This document shows, in pieces, positions 17,579 to 26,735 of a DNA stretch of 32,577 nucleotides; within the stretch, counting starts at the first letter, position 1, and each line of letters starts with the position of its first letter. Source of the DNA: Candidatus Undinarchaeota archaeon (GTDB lineage Archaea; SpSt-1190); contig CAYVAH010000003.1 in assembly GCA_964449215.1 (NCBI GenBank), forward strand, positions 1-32,577, read 5' to 3'. Under the pieces are notes generated by a model, which worked only from the letters and a program-made list of their open reading frames with translations, did no database searches and was not told the DNA's origin. The translations under genes and the position numbers were made by a program.

Positions 17579-19510
17579 GTGGAGTCAAGCATACATTATG
17601 ACAGGTTCCTCCAAGACCAGAAGGTCAAGCTCTCACGGTTTGAGCGGGCCGCCCGGTGGGCAACCAGCTTCATGAAGCTGAGATTCCCCTACCCGGACTA
17701 TGACAAGGAACTGGAAGCTGTGGAATTCTACGTGAAGTTTGAGGACGCCCTGAACCTGGGAGTAATCTGCGCTTTCCTGACCCTCCCACTCTCCGCCCTG
17801 ATATACTTCACCGGGAGGAACTTCATAACCAACTGGATTGCCATAGCTCTCCCCTTTCTCTCATTCCTTGTCGTCACCTATTTTCCTCTTTACATAGCAA
17901 GGCTGAGAAAACTCAGGATACTCGGCCAGGCTCCACTCGCAACGCTCTATCTGGTAATAGCGATGGAAGTCACCCCGAACCTTGAGTCGAGCGTTGCGTT
18001 CGCCGCGAAAAACATGCCCGACCCGATGGGCAGAATATTCAAACTCCTCCTGTGGCTGGTGGAAACCCGGACGCAACCGGACATGGAGTCCGCAATGAAC
18101 TGGTACAGCTCAAGGATAAGGGAATGGGCACCACACGTGGCAGAGGGGCTTTACCTGGTCGCCGGAAGCATGCGGGAAGTGGGGACGGTCCGGACCAGGA
18201 CACTTGAAAAGGCAATTAATGTGGTGCTCGACGGGACCAGAAGGATGATGGAGGAGTTCGCGAGGGGCCTGGACCTCCCTGTGATGGCAACGAACGCCTT
18301 CGGGATTATGCTCCCCGTCCTCATGCTGGTCATGCTTCCCATAGTGAGCATCTTCGTCAGCACGGTGAATGTCGGACCAGCAATGCTCCTGATATACGAT
18401 TTCACCCTCCCCCTGCTTCTCGCCACAGTCATAGTGTATATACTGGGGAAACGTCCCGGCTCCATAAGTGAAATAAAATACAGAAAGAGCAGGTTCAGGG
18501 TCAAGTTAATGGGAAAGGAAATGAACGCCCTTCCCCTGATGGTCATAAGCTTCATTGTCTTCATGGCCCTCCAATTCCTAATATTCCTGGCAAAACCAGC
18601 AATAATCTCCCCGATGGTGGAGGTCACGGGGACCTCTGCCTCCCTGCTCACAATGCCCTTCATAATTGCCCTCGGGGTTCCCACAGGGCTCTACTACCTG
18701 TCCTGGGCCCAGGAAAACAGGGAAACCAAGAGGAGAATAGAAACACTGGAAAGGGAGTTCGCCTCTGCACTCTACCAGCTCGGGAACGCCATGAATCAGG
18801 GGATACCGCTGGAACAGGCCATGGAAGATGTGGCAGCACGGATGAAGGGAAGCGAGACAGAGGTCTTCTTCACCACAGCAACGAGCCGGATGAAAACCCT
18901 CGGGTGGCCGCTTAACATGGTACTCTTCGATGAAAAGCACGGAATAATGAAGCACTTCCCCAGCAACCTAATCCGCAACATAATGCTTGTTGTAATGAAG
19001 AGCGCTGAGAAGGGACCGAAAAGTGCCGCTGTGACCGCAATAAGTGTGTCAAAATACCTGAAGGTCATGCAGGACGTGAAGGACAAGATAAATGACATGC
19101 TCTCAGATTCCATTTCCAGCATACGTTTTCAGGGTGCCTTCCTGATACCGATAATCACGGGAACGGTTGTGGGTCTCGGAGAGATAACCTCCAACCTGCT
19201 CGTGAGGATAGGAGAGCAGGTGGCGAGCATAATGCAGATGGGATCCGTGGGCGGAGTGGGGTATGTCGGGGAGTTCCTGAACATTCAGGGAGCGCTGCAA
19301 CCAAGCTTCCTGCAGCTGGTCGTGGGAATCTACGTGCTTTTAAGCTGCCTCACCCTCGGTATGTTTGTAGGGGGACTGCAGGATGGCTGGGACCGCATGG
19401 CCATGTATGAAAATATGGGTTCCACCATCCTGTTCGGAACACTCACATATGTGATTTCAGCCGCCCTGGTGGCGGTGATGTTCGGAGGTCTCGCCCAGTC
19501 GGTGATATGA
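17579..19510 (+). CDS. pilus assembly membrane platform protein (TadC/ArlJ-like, two T2SS-F-like halves)
   Basis: Follows the ATPase; TM clusters alternate with cytoplasmic domains (TPNLESSVAFAA; EFASALYQLGNAMNQGIPLE). Confidence 0.85.
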   Translation: MESSIHYDRFLQDQKVKLSRFERAARWATSFMKLRFPYPDYDKELEAVEFYVKFEDALNLGVICAFLTLPLSALIYFTGRNFITNWIAIALPFLSFLVVTYFPLYIARLRKLRILGQAPLATLYLVIAMEVTPNLESSVAFAAKNMPDPMGRIFKLLLWLVETRTQPDMESAMNWYSSRIREWAPHVAEGLYLVAGSMREVGTVRTRTLEKAINVVLDGTRRMMEEFARGLDLPVMATNAFGIMLPVLMLVMLPIVSIFVSTVNVGPAMLLIYDFTLPLLLATVIVYILGKRPGSISEIKYRKSRFRVKLMGKEMNALPLMVISFIVFMALQFLIFLAKPAIISPMVEVTGTSASLLTMPFIIALGVPTGLYYLSWAQENRETKRRIETLEREFASALYQLGNAMNQGIPLEQAMEDVAARMKGSETEVFFTTATSRMKTLGWPLNMVLFDEKHGIMKHFPSNLIRNIMLVVMKSAEKGPKSAAVTAISVSKYLKVMQDVKDKINDMLSDSISSIRFQGAFLIPIITGTVVGLGEITSNLLVRIGEQVASIMQMGSVGGVGYVGEFLNIQGALQPSFLQLVVGIYVLLSCLTLGMFVGGLQDGWDRMAMYENMGSTILFGTLTYVISAALVAVMFGGLAQSVI

Positions 19511-19710
19511 TGGCCCGGAGGTTCGACTGGTGGATGCTGGCATTTATCCCGACAATAGTTGGGACCTTCATAATGATAAATTTCATTTCCTCGGGAGCCG
19601 CGCCCATACTCGGCGGATACCTCAAACTCATCTCCCTTTCCACCATGCTCCAGAACTTTGTAAAGAACTCGATGGAATTCCTGAAATTCCTTGTTGGACC
19701 GGGGGGATAG
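19507..19710 (+). CDS. small membrane protein (67 aa)
   Basis: ATGA overlap with the platform gene; N-terminal hydrophobic helix. Confidence 0.65.
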   Translation: MMARRFDWWMLAFIPTIVGTFIMINFISSGAAPILGGYLKLISLSTMLQNFVKNSMEFLKFLVGPGG

Positions 19711-19711
19711 A

Positions 19712-19849
19712 ATGGGGAATATCATAAAACAGGCAATTGAAATATTCCTGATAATTATAGTCGCAATTGCTGGATTGGGGGTGGCAATAATGTTCGTTCA
19801 GCCATCCCTTTCAAGACTCGTCGGGAGACTGCTCCTGTCCATATCATAG
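19712..19849 (+). CDS. single-TM microprotein (45 aa), not in ORF track
   Basis: MGNIIKQAIEIFLIIIVAIAGLGVAIMFVQPSLSRLVGRLLLSIS*; exactly fills the gap between its neighbours. Confidence 0.7.
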   Translation: MGNIIKQAIEIFLIIIVAIAGLGVAIMFVQPSLSRLVGRLLLSIS

Positions 19850-20065
19850 GTGATTGAAACGGCAACGGAAATAGGAGACTGGCTGGAAACCCATGTGGGA
19901 ATTGTGGTACTGATATTTGCAATAGGGGTGGCGCTTGTGTCCATCGCCGGCATCGCAAAACTATTTTTGCCAGCGCTCGGGAAGTATGCCGTCCCAATTG
20001 ACTATCTCGGAGCGGCCGTGCAAGGAGCAATAAGCGGGATTACAGGAGGCCTGCTGGGTGATTGA
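19850..20065 (+). CDS. small membrane protein (71 aa)
   Basis: Abuts both neighbours; long hydrophobic helix VGIVVLIFAIGVALVSIAGIA. Confidence 0.65.
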   Translation: MIETATEIGDWLETHVGIVVLIFAIGVALVSIAGIAKLFLPALGKYAVPIDYLGAAVQGAISGITGGLLGD

Positions 20066-20263
20066 ATGAGCAATGAAGGTCTGGGCCTGTCGCTGTATAA
20101 CTTTTACACAGCCATAACAATTTCATGGGCCATAATCACCCTACTCAACATTCTTAGTGGCGTCTCGGGCGTGAACATCTCACAGCTGCTCATCCACTAC
20201 CTCGCAGAAACCACCCGAAAATTGATAGCAAAGATACCCAAAGCCATAGTGTCCGCGATATAA
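20066..20263 (+). CDS. small membrane protein (65 aa)
   Basis: ATG immediately after the previous TGA, GGGTGA SD-like motif, hydrophobic helix. Confidence 0.65.
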   Translation: MSNEGLGLSLYNFYTAITISWAIITLLNILSGVSGVNISQLLIHYLAETTRKLIAKIPKAIVSAI

Positions 20264-20299
20264 CCGTCAGGCTTAATATTCCCCGGAAAGAAGAATTTT

Positions 20300-20413
20300 A
20301 TGACATCTGAGAGGTTCATCTGGCTGCTGGTCGCAGTAATTGGTGTGCTCATCCTCCTCGGGCTGGCAGGAGGGCTATACTCAAAGGTTGCGGGGATGCT
20401 CCATGGACTTTAA
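20300..20413 (+). CDS. single-TM microprotein (37 aa), not in ORF track
   Basis: MTSERFIWLLVAVIGVLILLGLAGGLYSKVAGMLHGL*; TTAATATT 27 nt upstream; overlaps the next ATG. Confidence 0.7.
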   Translation: MTSERFIWLLVAVIGVLILLGLAGGLYSKVAGMLHGL

Positions 20414-20717
20414 GGCGGTATCCATAGTGGTTCTGCTCTTCCTTTCGCTGAGCCTGTTCTTCCTCGCATCTTCAAGGATTACGAGAAAAGAAAAAAGCTT
20501 CGACGACATAGTGAGGTCCGCAGAGAACGGCAAGGAGGACTATCTGGAACTCACCCCCAAGGAGAATCTTGACATCTGCGACCTTCTCGGGGCGACCTAT
20601 GGCTGCGATTCCAAACTTGGAGCAAGCACCTGCAGACTGAAGAAGGACGTCACCTACATAATACGTGCACACCCCGTGGAATCAGGGGTCTGCCTGAATG
20701 TGACGGAGGTGTCTTGA
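20403..20717 (+). CDS. pilin-like protein
   Basis: Start reassigned to ATG 20403: MDFKA|VSIVVLLFLSLSLFFL, followed by a 4-Cys globular part. Confidence 0.7.
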   Translation: MDFKAVSIVVLLFLSLSLFFLASSRITRKEKSFDDIVRSAENGKEDYLELTPKENLDICDLLGATYGCDSKLGASTCRLKKDVTYIIRAHPVESGVCLNVTEVS

Positions 20718-21100
20718 TGAAGAACTTCCTGGAAATGGTATCCTTCATCATACTGATTGGAGTAACGCTGGTGCTGATAATGAGCGTGATTGTCCCGCGG
20801 TTCCTCCCGAGAGAAAAACAAGGGATCACTGGCGACCCGTTCCCCGCCAAGGTCAAGGACATTGCAGGGAATAAGGAGCTGTATATTGTATATACGGGAA
20901 TTGGGGACAACCCCCAGGAGATAGATGCCTCAAAGCTGACCGTGGTGACGACAAACCCGAAAAACGAGACAAGGGAGTTCACCCCCGGGGGGAAAATCAA
21001 GCCCTTCGAGCGCATCATCGTGGACATACCAGACGACACGAGCTCCATCTTCATATATTATGAAGGAAAGCTGGTCAGTGGACCCATAGTCACGGAATAA
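20717..21100 (+). CDS. N-terminally anchored pilin-like protein
   Basis: TGATG overlap, GGAGGTG SD, helix LEMVSFIILIGVTLVLIMSVIV, beta-rich body. Confidence 0.7.
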   Translation: MKNFLEMVSFIILIGVTLVLIMSVIVPRFLPREKQGITGDPFPAKVKDIAGNKELYIVYTGIGDNPQEIDASKLTVVTTNPKNETREFTPGGKIKPFERIIVDIPDDTSSIFIYYEGKLVSGPIVTE

Positions 21101-21128
21101 AATTTAAACTCAGGGGCGGTGTGCTTCT

Positions 21129-21260
21129 GTGAAGGGACAGAACCTGACATGGATAGCCCTGATTATAATGCTGCTCGCCATGCTCCTCCTCGTAATGGTA
21201 TTTTTCCCCAAAATTTATGAGATGTCCCCCAAAGTTCTGGAAGGAATAGGGGGAATGTAA
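21129..21260 (+). CDS. minimal type IV pilin (43 aa), not in ORF track
   Basis: GTG start: MKG|QNLTWIALIIMLLAMLLLVMVFFPKIYEMSPKVLEGIGGM*; TTTAAAC 26 nt upstream. Confidence 0.75.
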   Translation: MKGQNLTWIALIIMLLAMLLLVMVFFPKIYEMSPKVLEGIGGM

Positions 21261-21282
21261 GTGTTAAATAGTTAGCTCCTGA

Positions 21283-21849
21283 ATGAATTCCATGCGGGGG
21301 ATAAACAATGTTATAACAATTGTGATGGCAGTAATAATCGCTGCAGCAATCCTGATAATTTCTTTCAACGTGCTCGGCTCTACAACCGAAGGCATAGAGG
21401 ACATTGAAAAAACTGCGGAGACACAGCAGCAAAGACTCCAGGGTGTTCAAAGTCTCTCACAGGCCTGCCAGGACTGGCTCTATGGAAACAAATACAGTGC
21501 GGCGGACATACTCGAAACATACAGGCTCCCTGACAAGATGAGACCATACACCAAGGTTTACGACACATGTGGAGCAGACCTGGAAGCTGTGGCAAGGGAA
21601 TGCTACAACGAGCAGGAGGTCACCCGGGACTGCGCCGGGAATGGGTTCATAAAAGCCTCTATAACCGAGATGACAATCTGCACGAGGACCTGCACCAACA
21701 TAATCAATCTCTACCAGAAATGTGCCGCCTCTTGCTCGAAGAGGGCTGGGATATGCTTCGACAACATACTGCTGGACCTGAGCAGCAGTGACCTGAGGGG
21801 AAGCCTGAGTGTGGACGACCGGACAATAGAAAGGGCATGTGAGAAATAG
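21283..21849 (+). CDS. Cys-rich pilin-like protein
   Basis: MRG|INNVITIVMAVIIAAAILII (likely start ATG 21292); 10 Cys. Confidence 0.78.
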   Translation: MNSMRGINNVITIVMAVIIAAAILIISFNVLGSTTEGIEDIEKTAETQQQRLQGVQSLSQACQDWLYGNKYSAADILETYRLPDKMRPYTKVYDTCGADLEAVARECYNEQEVTRDCAGNGFIKASITEMTICTRTCTNIINLYQKCAASCSKRAGICFDNILLDLSSSDLRGSLSVDDRTIERACEK

Positions 21850-21857
21850 GTGTCAGC

Positions 21858-22367
21858 ATGGAGGAAATGCTGGAGAAATCAATAGGGGTCTTTTTGGCGG
21901 TTATCCTGACTGTTGCCATCGTGGGTCTCATAGTCTATCTTGCCGGGAGGGGCTTCGGGCTCAGAATCGCAGTGGGAAAAAAAGGAGAAGGATTGTTGAG
22001 CTTCGTCTCCGGCTCGTCGCAGATAAACGTCGCTTGCAGGGACTTCCTTGACACCCGATTCAGCCCTGACTTCGACTATGAGGGGCGGTTTCAAGGAGTG
22101 TTTCCGGAAAGCAGTGGAGAGCTGAAATACAAGAAGCTCAAGCTCCTCTGTGGTGCCCTGATCCCAATAGAGGACGCCGTTGATGGTGGAAAAAACCTCA
22201 GGGGCACGCTGGATGAGATAAACGACGCTTACAGCTTTTCCTATGAGAACCTCCAGTTCAGCTACGAGGAGATAAACGCTGCCATAGACGACAACGAGAA
22301 AACGGTGTGGCTTGGGGAGGTCCAGAATATACTGGAAAGGGAGATTGATGCAAAGGTGACTGAATGA
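21858..22367 (+). CDS. N-terminally anchored pilin-like protein
   Basis: AGGTG SD, helix SIGVFLAVILTVAIVGLIVYL, ACRDF...LCG motif shared with the previous ORF. Confidence 0.72.
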   Translation: MEEMLEKSIGVFLAVILTVAIVGLIVYLAGRGFGLRIAVGKKGEGLLSFVSGSSQINVACRDFLDTRFSPDFDYEGRFQGVFPESSGELKYKKLKLLCGALIPIEDAVDGGKNLRGTLDEINDAYSFSYENLQFSYEEINAAIDDNEKTVWLGEVQNILEREIDAKVTE

Positions 22368-23104
22368 TAAACAGAACCTTCACGTTTCTGATAGGGCTGG
22401 TCGGGATTGCTATTGCAATTATTTTCATAGTGCAGCTCACATCAGGAATAAGCAGTGCAATGGAACCCCTGGATGTGAAAGCGACAATGGCCAGCGCGAC
22501 ACTCCCCCAGAATATGGTGAAGATTGCCCTCTCCGATGACCATAACGTAAAACAGTTTGCGGAACTTTTGGTGGAACAGCCAAAACCCTATGAACTGGCG
22601 GTGAGGGACACGAGCATAGCAACCACGGAGAACCTCAACAGGCTGAAAAAAATAATCTCCAGTGAAGAAATCAACGCAGGGCTGTTTGACACACTTTTAG
22701 GGCACTGTAATATGTGGAGAGCCCTGACGGACCCAACCAAGGAGAGCTTTGTGGACATAGCAAACAGCTACTACTCAAAGCTTGAAGGAATTGGAAGCCC
22801 AACCCAGGTTTCCCAGGACCTCTACGAGAATCTGGACACCATAAACAAACTCTGCGGGGAAATGGAATGCCCGGACACACGCACATGCGCAAGCTGCTGG
22901 GAGCTTCAGAATGCCTACATTGAGCGGATGAAAGAAGGGGATGAAGCGGGTTACAGGTCCATCATAAATCTTATGATAGAAAAAGACTGTGGGGGCAGCT
23001 GTGCAAGGCTCTGCGACACAATCACACAAAAGATTGAAATGGCCCGCTCTTCAGACCCCGAAACAAGAAAAGCTTTTTTATCAATGGGGATACAGCTAAA
23101 TTAG
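22364..23104 (+). CDS. Cys-rich N-terminally anchored protein
   Basis: ATGA overlap, TM helix, 8 Cys (HCNMW, LCG, CASC, CGGSCARLC). Confidence 0.72.
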   Translation: MINRTFTFLIGLVGIAIAIIFIVQLTSGISSAMEPLDVKATMASATLPQNMVKIALSDDHNVKQFAELLVEQPKPYELAVRDTSIATTENLNRLKKIISSEEINAGLFDTLLGHCNMWRALTDPTKESFVDIANSYYSKLEGIGSPTQVSQDLYENLDTINKLCGEMECPDTRTCASCWELQNAYIERMKEGDEAGYRSIINLMIEKDCGGSCARLCDTITQKIEMARSSDPETRKAFLSMGIQLN

Positions 23105-23113
23105 GGTGATTTA

Positions 23114-23569
23114 TTGAAGGGAGACACTGGAAGCCCGATTTGGATTGTGGTTACTCTGCTCCTGGCGCTGGTCGTCGGGATAACTATGTATCAGCTTCTA
23201 CAAAAGACGTCCGCACAGAAAACATTTGACGACTGGCTCGGGCAGATAGGTAGCGGGCAGGCAGAACTGACCGTAAGTTCCTTCTGCAAGTCCTGGGAAC
23301 AGTCCGGATTTGTGAGCGGGGCGGTGAATCCAAGTGAGCAAGCAAAGGCGACAGTGGCCGCCGCACACCCAAGCCTCGCCGTAAAGTACTTCACCGAAGA
23401 CGAGTTCAATATAGGTGAGAGACTCTCCTCCTGTGACTGCGCTGTCTTTCTGTACCAGAAGGGTCAGATGGACCAGCTGGAAGCCAAGAGCTGGTACGAC
23501 CCGGACAAGTGCCACGAGATGACAAACAACATAGCGGAAAGTATGGGTCTCACGAGGAGTTCCAGATGA
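23114..23569 (+). CDS. pilin-like protein
   Basis: TTG start after GGGTGA; MKG|DTGSPIWIVVTLLLALVVG; FCKSW and CDC. Confidence 0.72.
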   Translation: MKGDTGSPIWIVVTLLLALVVGITMYQLLQKTSAQKTFDDWLGQIGSGQAELTVSSFCKSWEQSGFVSGAVNPSEQAKATVAAAHPSLAVKYFTEDEFNIGERLSSCDCAVFLYQKGQMDQLEAKSWYDPDKCHEMTNNIAESMGLTRSSR

Positions 23570-24024
23570 AAGGACTCAGCGTTCTTATTTACACAATCCT
23601 GCTGTTGATAGTTTATTTTGTTGAAAATACAGCATTCCTGGCAATATCCGGAGCAACGAGAGGAATCCCGGCAAAGATCTGGGCAGCAACAAACAAGCTC
23701 TATGAGGATATAAGCTACGAAAATGTGGTGGTCATACCGAAGGGCATGAGGACCTTCATCGGGAGGTGCAACTTCCCATCGGATCAGCACCTCACAACTG
23801 AGGAAATAAAAATGGCCCTGGACGGGTGCAGACTGCCCCAGAACTCCTCCGCAACGTACCCGGGGGTCGTGTGTGTGTTCTATAACTACTATGGAAAACC
23901 ATTCGGTTCCTGCAGGGGGATGCTCCACAGACCCGTTGAGAACTATTTTTTTGATGGGAGCGAAGCTCCCGTGCGCAGGGTCCTCCGGGACCCGGAGAGT
24001 GGCGAAGTGGAGCTTGTCCAGTAG
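23566..24024 (+). CDS. pilin-like protein
   Basis: Start reassigned to ATG 23566 (ATGA overlap, GAGGAG SD): MKG|LSVLIYTILLLIVYF. Confidence 0.72.
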   Translation: MKGLSVLIYTILLLIVYFVENTAFLAISGATRGIPAKIWAATNKLYEDISYENVVVIPKGMRTFIGRCNFPSDQHLTTEEIKMALDGCRLPQNSSATYPGVVCVFYNYYGKPFGSCRGMLHRPVENYFFDGSEAPVRRVLRDPESGEVELVQ

Positions 24025-24054
24025 GGAATAAATATCCCCACGGCTATTCATGGA

Positions 24055-24462
24055 GTGGGAATACAGGAAAACGTGATGTCCTACTGGACAATCCTCCCAA
24101 CATCAATAAAGTTCGTGGTGCTCCTCGCAGTCGGGACCGCCTTCTTCTCCGAACTTTCAACAATGGGTGTCATGGACAACCAGGCCATAAGAACGGATGT
24201 CATAGCGAGTTCAATGTGCCTAATAAACATGCACAACAGCACAGAGGTCCGAATTGGCTGGGACCGTGTCCCTTTTACCATGGCGTTCCCAGAAGCCGCC
24301 CTCGTCACATATTTCGACACCAAGAGAGCCACCGTTTCCCCCTACCCGCTGGTGGTTCCCGTGAAGGGATATGAGGATATTGATGGGATCAAGTATTTCG
24401 TCGGGAAGGGCATTGAAAAATTCAACTTCACAAGCACGGGACCGGAGGTGATTGCAAAATGA
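24055..24462 (+). CDS. N-terminally anchored protein of the pilus locus
   Basis: Helix FVVLLAVGTAFF; ATAAATAT 27 nt upstream. Confidence 0.65.
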   Translation: MGIQENVMSYWTILPTSIKFVVLLAVGTAFFSELSTMGVMDNQAIRTDVIASSMCLINMHNSTEVRIGWDRVPFTMAFPEAALVTYFDTKRATVSPYPLVVPVKGYEDIDGIKYFVGKGIEKFNFTSTGPEVIAK

Positions 24463-24998
24463 AGGCCTTTATCGGAATGCAAGGACTGGCAATTTTCCTG
24501 CTCATAATCAGCGCCCTGAATATGTTCTCATTCAAAATTAACATAACAAACGAGATAAACGGGTGGAGGCTGACAAGAATCGCCCAGACCCATGCACACT
24601 TGATGGCAAGCGAATACATGCAGGAGAAAATAGGTGTCATAGACCCGGGCAGGCTCAGAACACTGAGTTCCATGGGTTACAGGGTTGCAGCGCTTCTCTA
24701 TGACCCGGAGGAGAGGAGGGTGGTGTGGTCACAGGGCATGGACAGCGAAAACGCCAGAAAGCTGGGGGAGAACTATGGGGACGGCCTGGGTCTCCCAAGG
24801 AGTTTCATGGGGTACGAAAACCTGACAAGGTATGGCATCCCCATGGAGGGGGCAAGATACGCCCTGCCCGTTGTGGATGAGAACGGGAACTATGGTGTCT
24901 TGATGGTCCTGCTGAGATCCGAGGAAGGGGACTGGGTGGAAGAGTTCCGCCCAATATACTCGAATCTCAAGGAACTCTACGAGAAGGAGGTTGGCTGA
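24459..24998 (+). CDS. pilin-like protein
   Basis: GGAGGTGA SD, ATGA overlap, MKA|FIGMQGLAIFLLIISAL. Confidence 0.7.
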   Translation: MKAFIGMQGLAIFLLIISALNMFSFKINITNEINGWRLTRIAQTHAHLMASEYMQEKIGVIDPGRLRTLSSMGYRVAALLYDPEERRVVWSQGMDSENARKLGENYGDGLGLPRSFMGYENLTRYGIPMEGARYALPVVDENGNYGVLMVLLRSEEGDWVEEFRPIYSNLKELYEKEVG

Positions 24999-25399
24999 TG
25001 CCCGGTCTCAAAGCACCCTCGATGTCGGCTGCGGTTGTGGGATTCGGAGCAATGTTCATGTTTATGATGGCCACATTGTTCTCAATAAACGTAAGAATCA
25101 AGGCGGGGTACAAGGACACCCTCGACCCGGCATATCCCTACCTCCAGGCCGTGGCCATGCATCGCGTGAACGGGAAACCCTTCCTCTATTATCTTTCCCA
25201 CTCCTTGAAATCCGGCGAAATCGTGGAGGGCATAAATGTGACAGAGGAACTTGAAAAATTCGGGGAATCCTTCGAACTCATCGACTCTTCCGGGAAAACC
25301 ATTCTTTCTGTGGACCCCGGGAAACCGCAGGGAAGAAAGGTGAAGAAAGCCTATCTCGCAGTTCCCCGCGGGGGTTACTTGGTGATGACATATGGGTGA
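24998..25399 (+). CDS. pilin-like protein
   Basis: TGATG overlap; LKA|PSMSAAVVGFGAMFMFMMATLF. Confidence 0.65.
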   Translation: MPGLKAPSMSAAVVGFGAMFMFMMATLFSINVRIKAGYKDTLDPAYPYLQAVAMHRVNGKPFLYYLSHSLKSGEIVEGINVTEELEKFGESFELIDSSGKTILSVDPGKPQGRKVKKAYLAVPRGGYLVMTYG

Positions 25400-26057
25400 C
25401 AGCATTCATGGCGGGAAAGAGAACCCCGAGAAGCAGCCGGGAGGGCCCAGGGGAATCTGGAGCCTCCTGATTGGTCTAGTAATAGGTGCGGCCCTGGGTC
25501 TCGTCACGAGCATGATAATAATCCAGATGGCACAAGTAGAAGAGACGAAGGAACTATACAGCTCAGACACATCAAGCCTGAACATGCTCTATCAGGGGAG
25601 GAACATGCAGGAATACCTGAAACTGGCAGGAGATGAGCTGATAAGGGAGTTTGTGGAGACAGGAGGGCCGAGGGAATGCGGGACCGTGCGGGTGAACAAC
25701 AGAAGCATAAGTATCTGGGAGGCTCCAGGGTGTGAGGTCTCCGGTGATGGCGTGCTTGAGCGCTCGGGGGAGCTCGCAGCCCGGGAAGCCTCGAGATATG
25801 AGGTGTGGGGGACCAAGGCTTCGGCTGACCAGGGGAGGTTCTGCCTCAGCATAAACAACAAGCTGGCCTTCGGAGAATATCACAGCAAAATCTGCTTTGA
25901 CTCCCCCTTGAACGAAGCCATGGAAACAACCTTCGGGCAGATGAAGGAAGCCTATGAGTCCGGCTCCGCAGAATGCTCCTGCCTCGAGACCTACAAGCTC
26001 TGCTGGGCTGACCTGGACGGGATGAACTTCACCTACGCTTTGATGGAAAACTGCTGA
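25392..26057 (+). CDS. pilin-like protein
   Basis: Hydrophilic leader then PRG|IWSLLIGLVIGAALGLVTSMIII; Cys-containing body. Confidence 0.7.
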   Translation: MGDSIHGGKENPEKQPGGPRGIWSLLIGLVIGAALGLVTSMIIIQMAQVEETKELYSSDTSSLNMLYQGRNMQEYLKLAGDELIREFVETGGPRECGTVRVNNRSISIWEAPGCEVSGDGVLERSGELAAREASRYEVWGTKASADQGRFCLSINNKLAFGEYHSKICFDSPLNEAMETTFGQMKEAYESGSAECSCLETYKLCWADLDGMNFTYALMENC

Positions 26058-26704
26058 AGGAACTCTTCCTCAAAGAAGTGAAGCTCCGCGGGGAGAATTA
26101 TGCAGTGCGGCGGGGCGCCGAAGCCCTGCGCCTGCAGGTCCGGGACCTCCCCGTAGCTTATCCTTTCGTCCCGGGTCCCAATCCTTTCACACACCACCAT
26201 CCTGCCGGAAAACCCCATCCCCCGCAGGACATCCAGCCCCCGAGCAGCATCAATTTTGGGGTCGAGCAGGCACAGGGTGTGCAGACCTGCCGCCCTGTTG
26301 GACTCTATCCTCTCCCTGTCACTCTCAACAGGCCCGGACAGGGTCACGGTCCGCCCAAACTTGTAGGGGCTTAGCCCCGTGCGGGATATCGCGTTGATTA
26401 CAGAAGGTGCATGTATGACCTCCACAGGAACCCCTTCCTTCCGGCACTCAGCCACCAGGGAAATGTGGGTAGTTGCGAAAAGCGGGTCCCCGGGAACCAG
26501 CAGGGTTACCTTCCCCAGCTTGGCCCTTTTAATGAGAAAATCGCTTTCAACTTCTTCCCTGGAAAGCCTCCGGGCATCAAAACCGGGCCTGTACGGGAAA
26601 CTCGTGTAGTCCTCGATATAGACTTCCTTGGAATCGGAAACGGCCTTCAAACCTTTCAGGCTCATGTCTCCCTCTTCCAACCCCATCCCCACGAGGAACA
26701 GCAT
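26033..26704 (-). CDS. dph5: diphthine synthase (Dph5)
   Basis: Real start ATG 26704 (MLFLVGMGL); EDYTS, LVPGDPLFATTH, VIHAPS, YKFGRTVT, GLHTLCLLD, GAPPHCIILP..LHFFEEE. Confidence 0.92.
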   Translation of the reverse strand: MLFLVGMGLEEGDMSLKGLKAVSDSKEVYIEDYTSFPYRPGFDARRLSREEVESDFLIKRAKLGKVTLLVPGDPLFATTHISLVAECRKEGVPVEVIHAPSVINAISRTGLSPYKFGRTVTLSGPVESDRERIESNRAAGLHTLCLLDPKIDAARGLDVLRGMGFSGRMVVCERIGTRDERISYGEVPDLQAQGFGAPPHCIILPAELHFFEEEFLQQFSIKA

Positions 26705-26735
26705 GGAAGGGTTAGGCACATAAATTAAGAAAGCT

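Noticed and set aside
15331..19510. Archaellum (ArlI/ArlJ) or conjugative T4SS
   Set aside because: No archaellin, ArlH/F/G, VirB4 or relaxase in the window; a pilus assembly system fits better.
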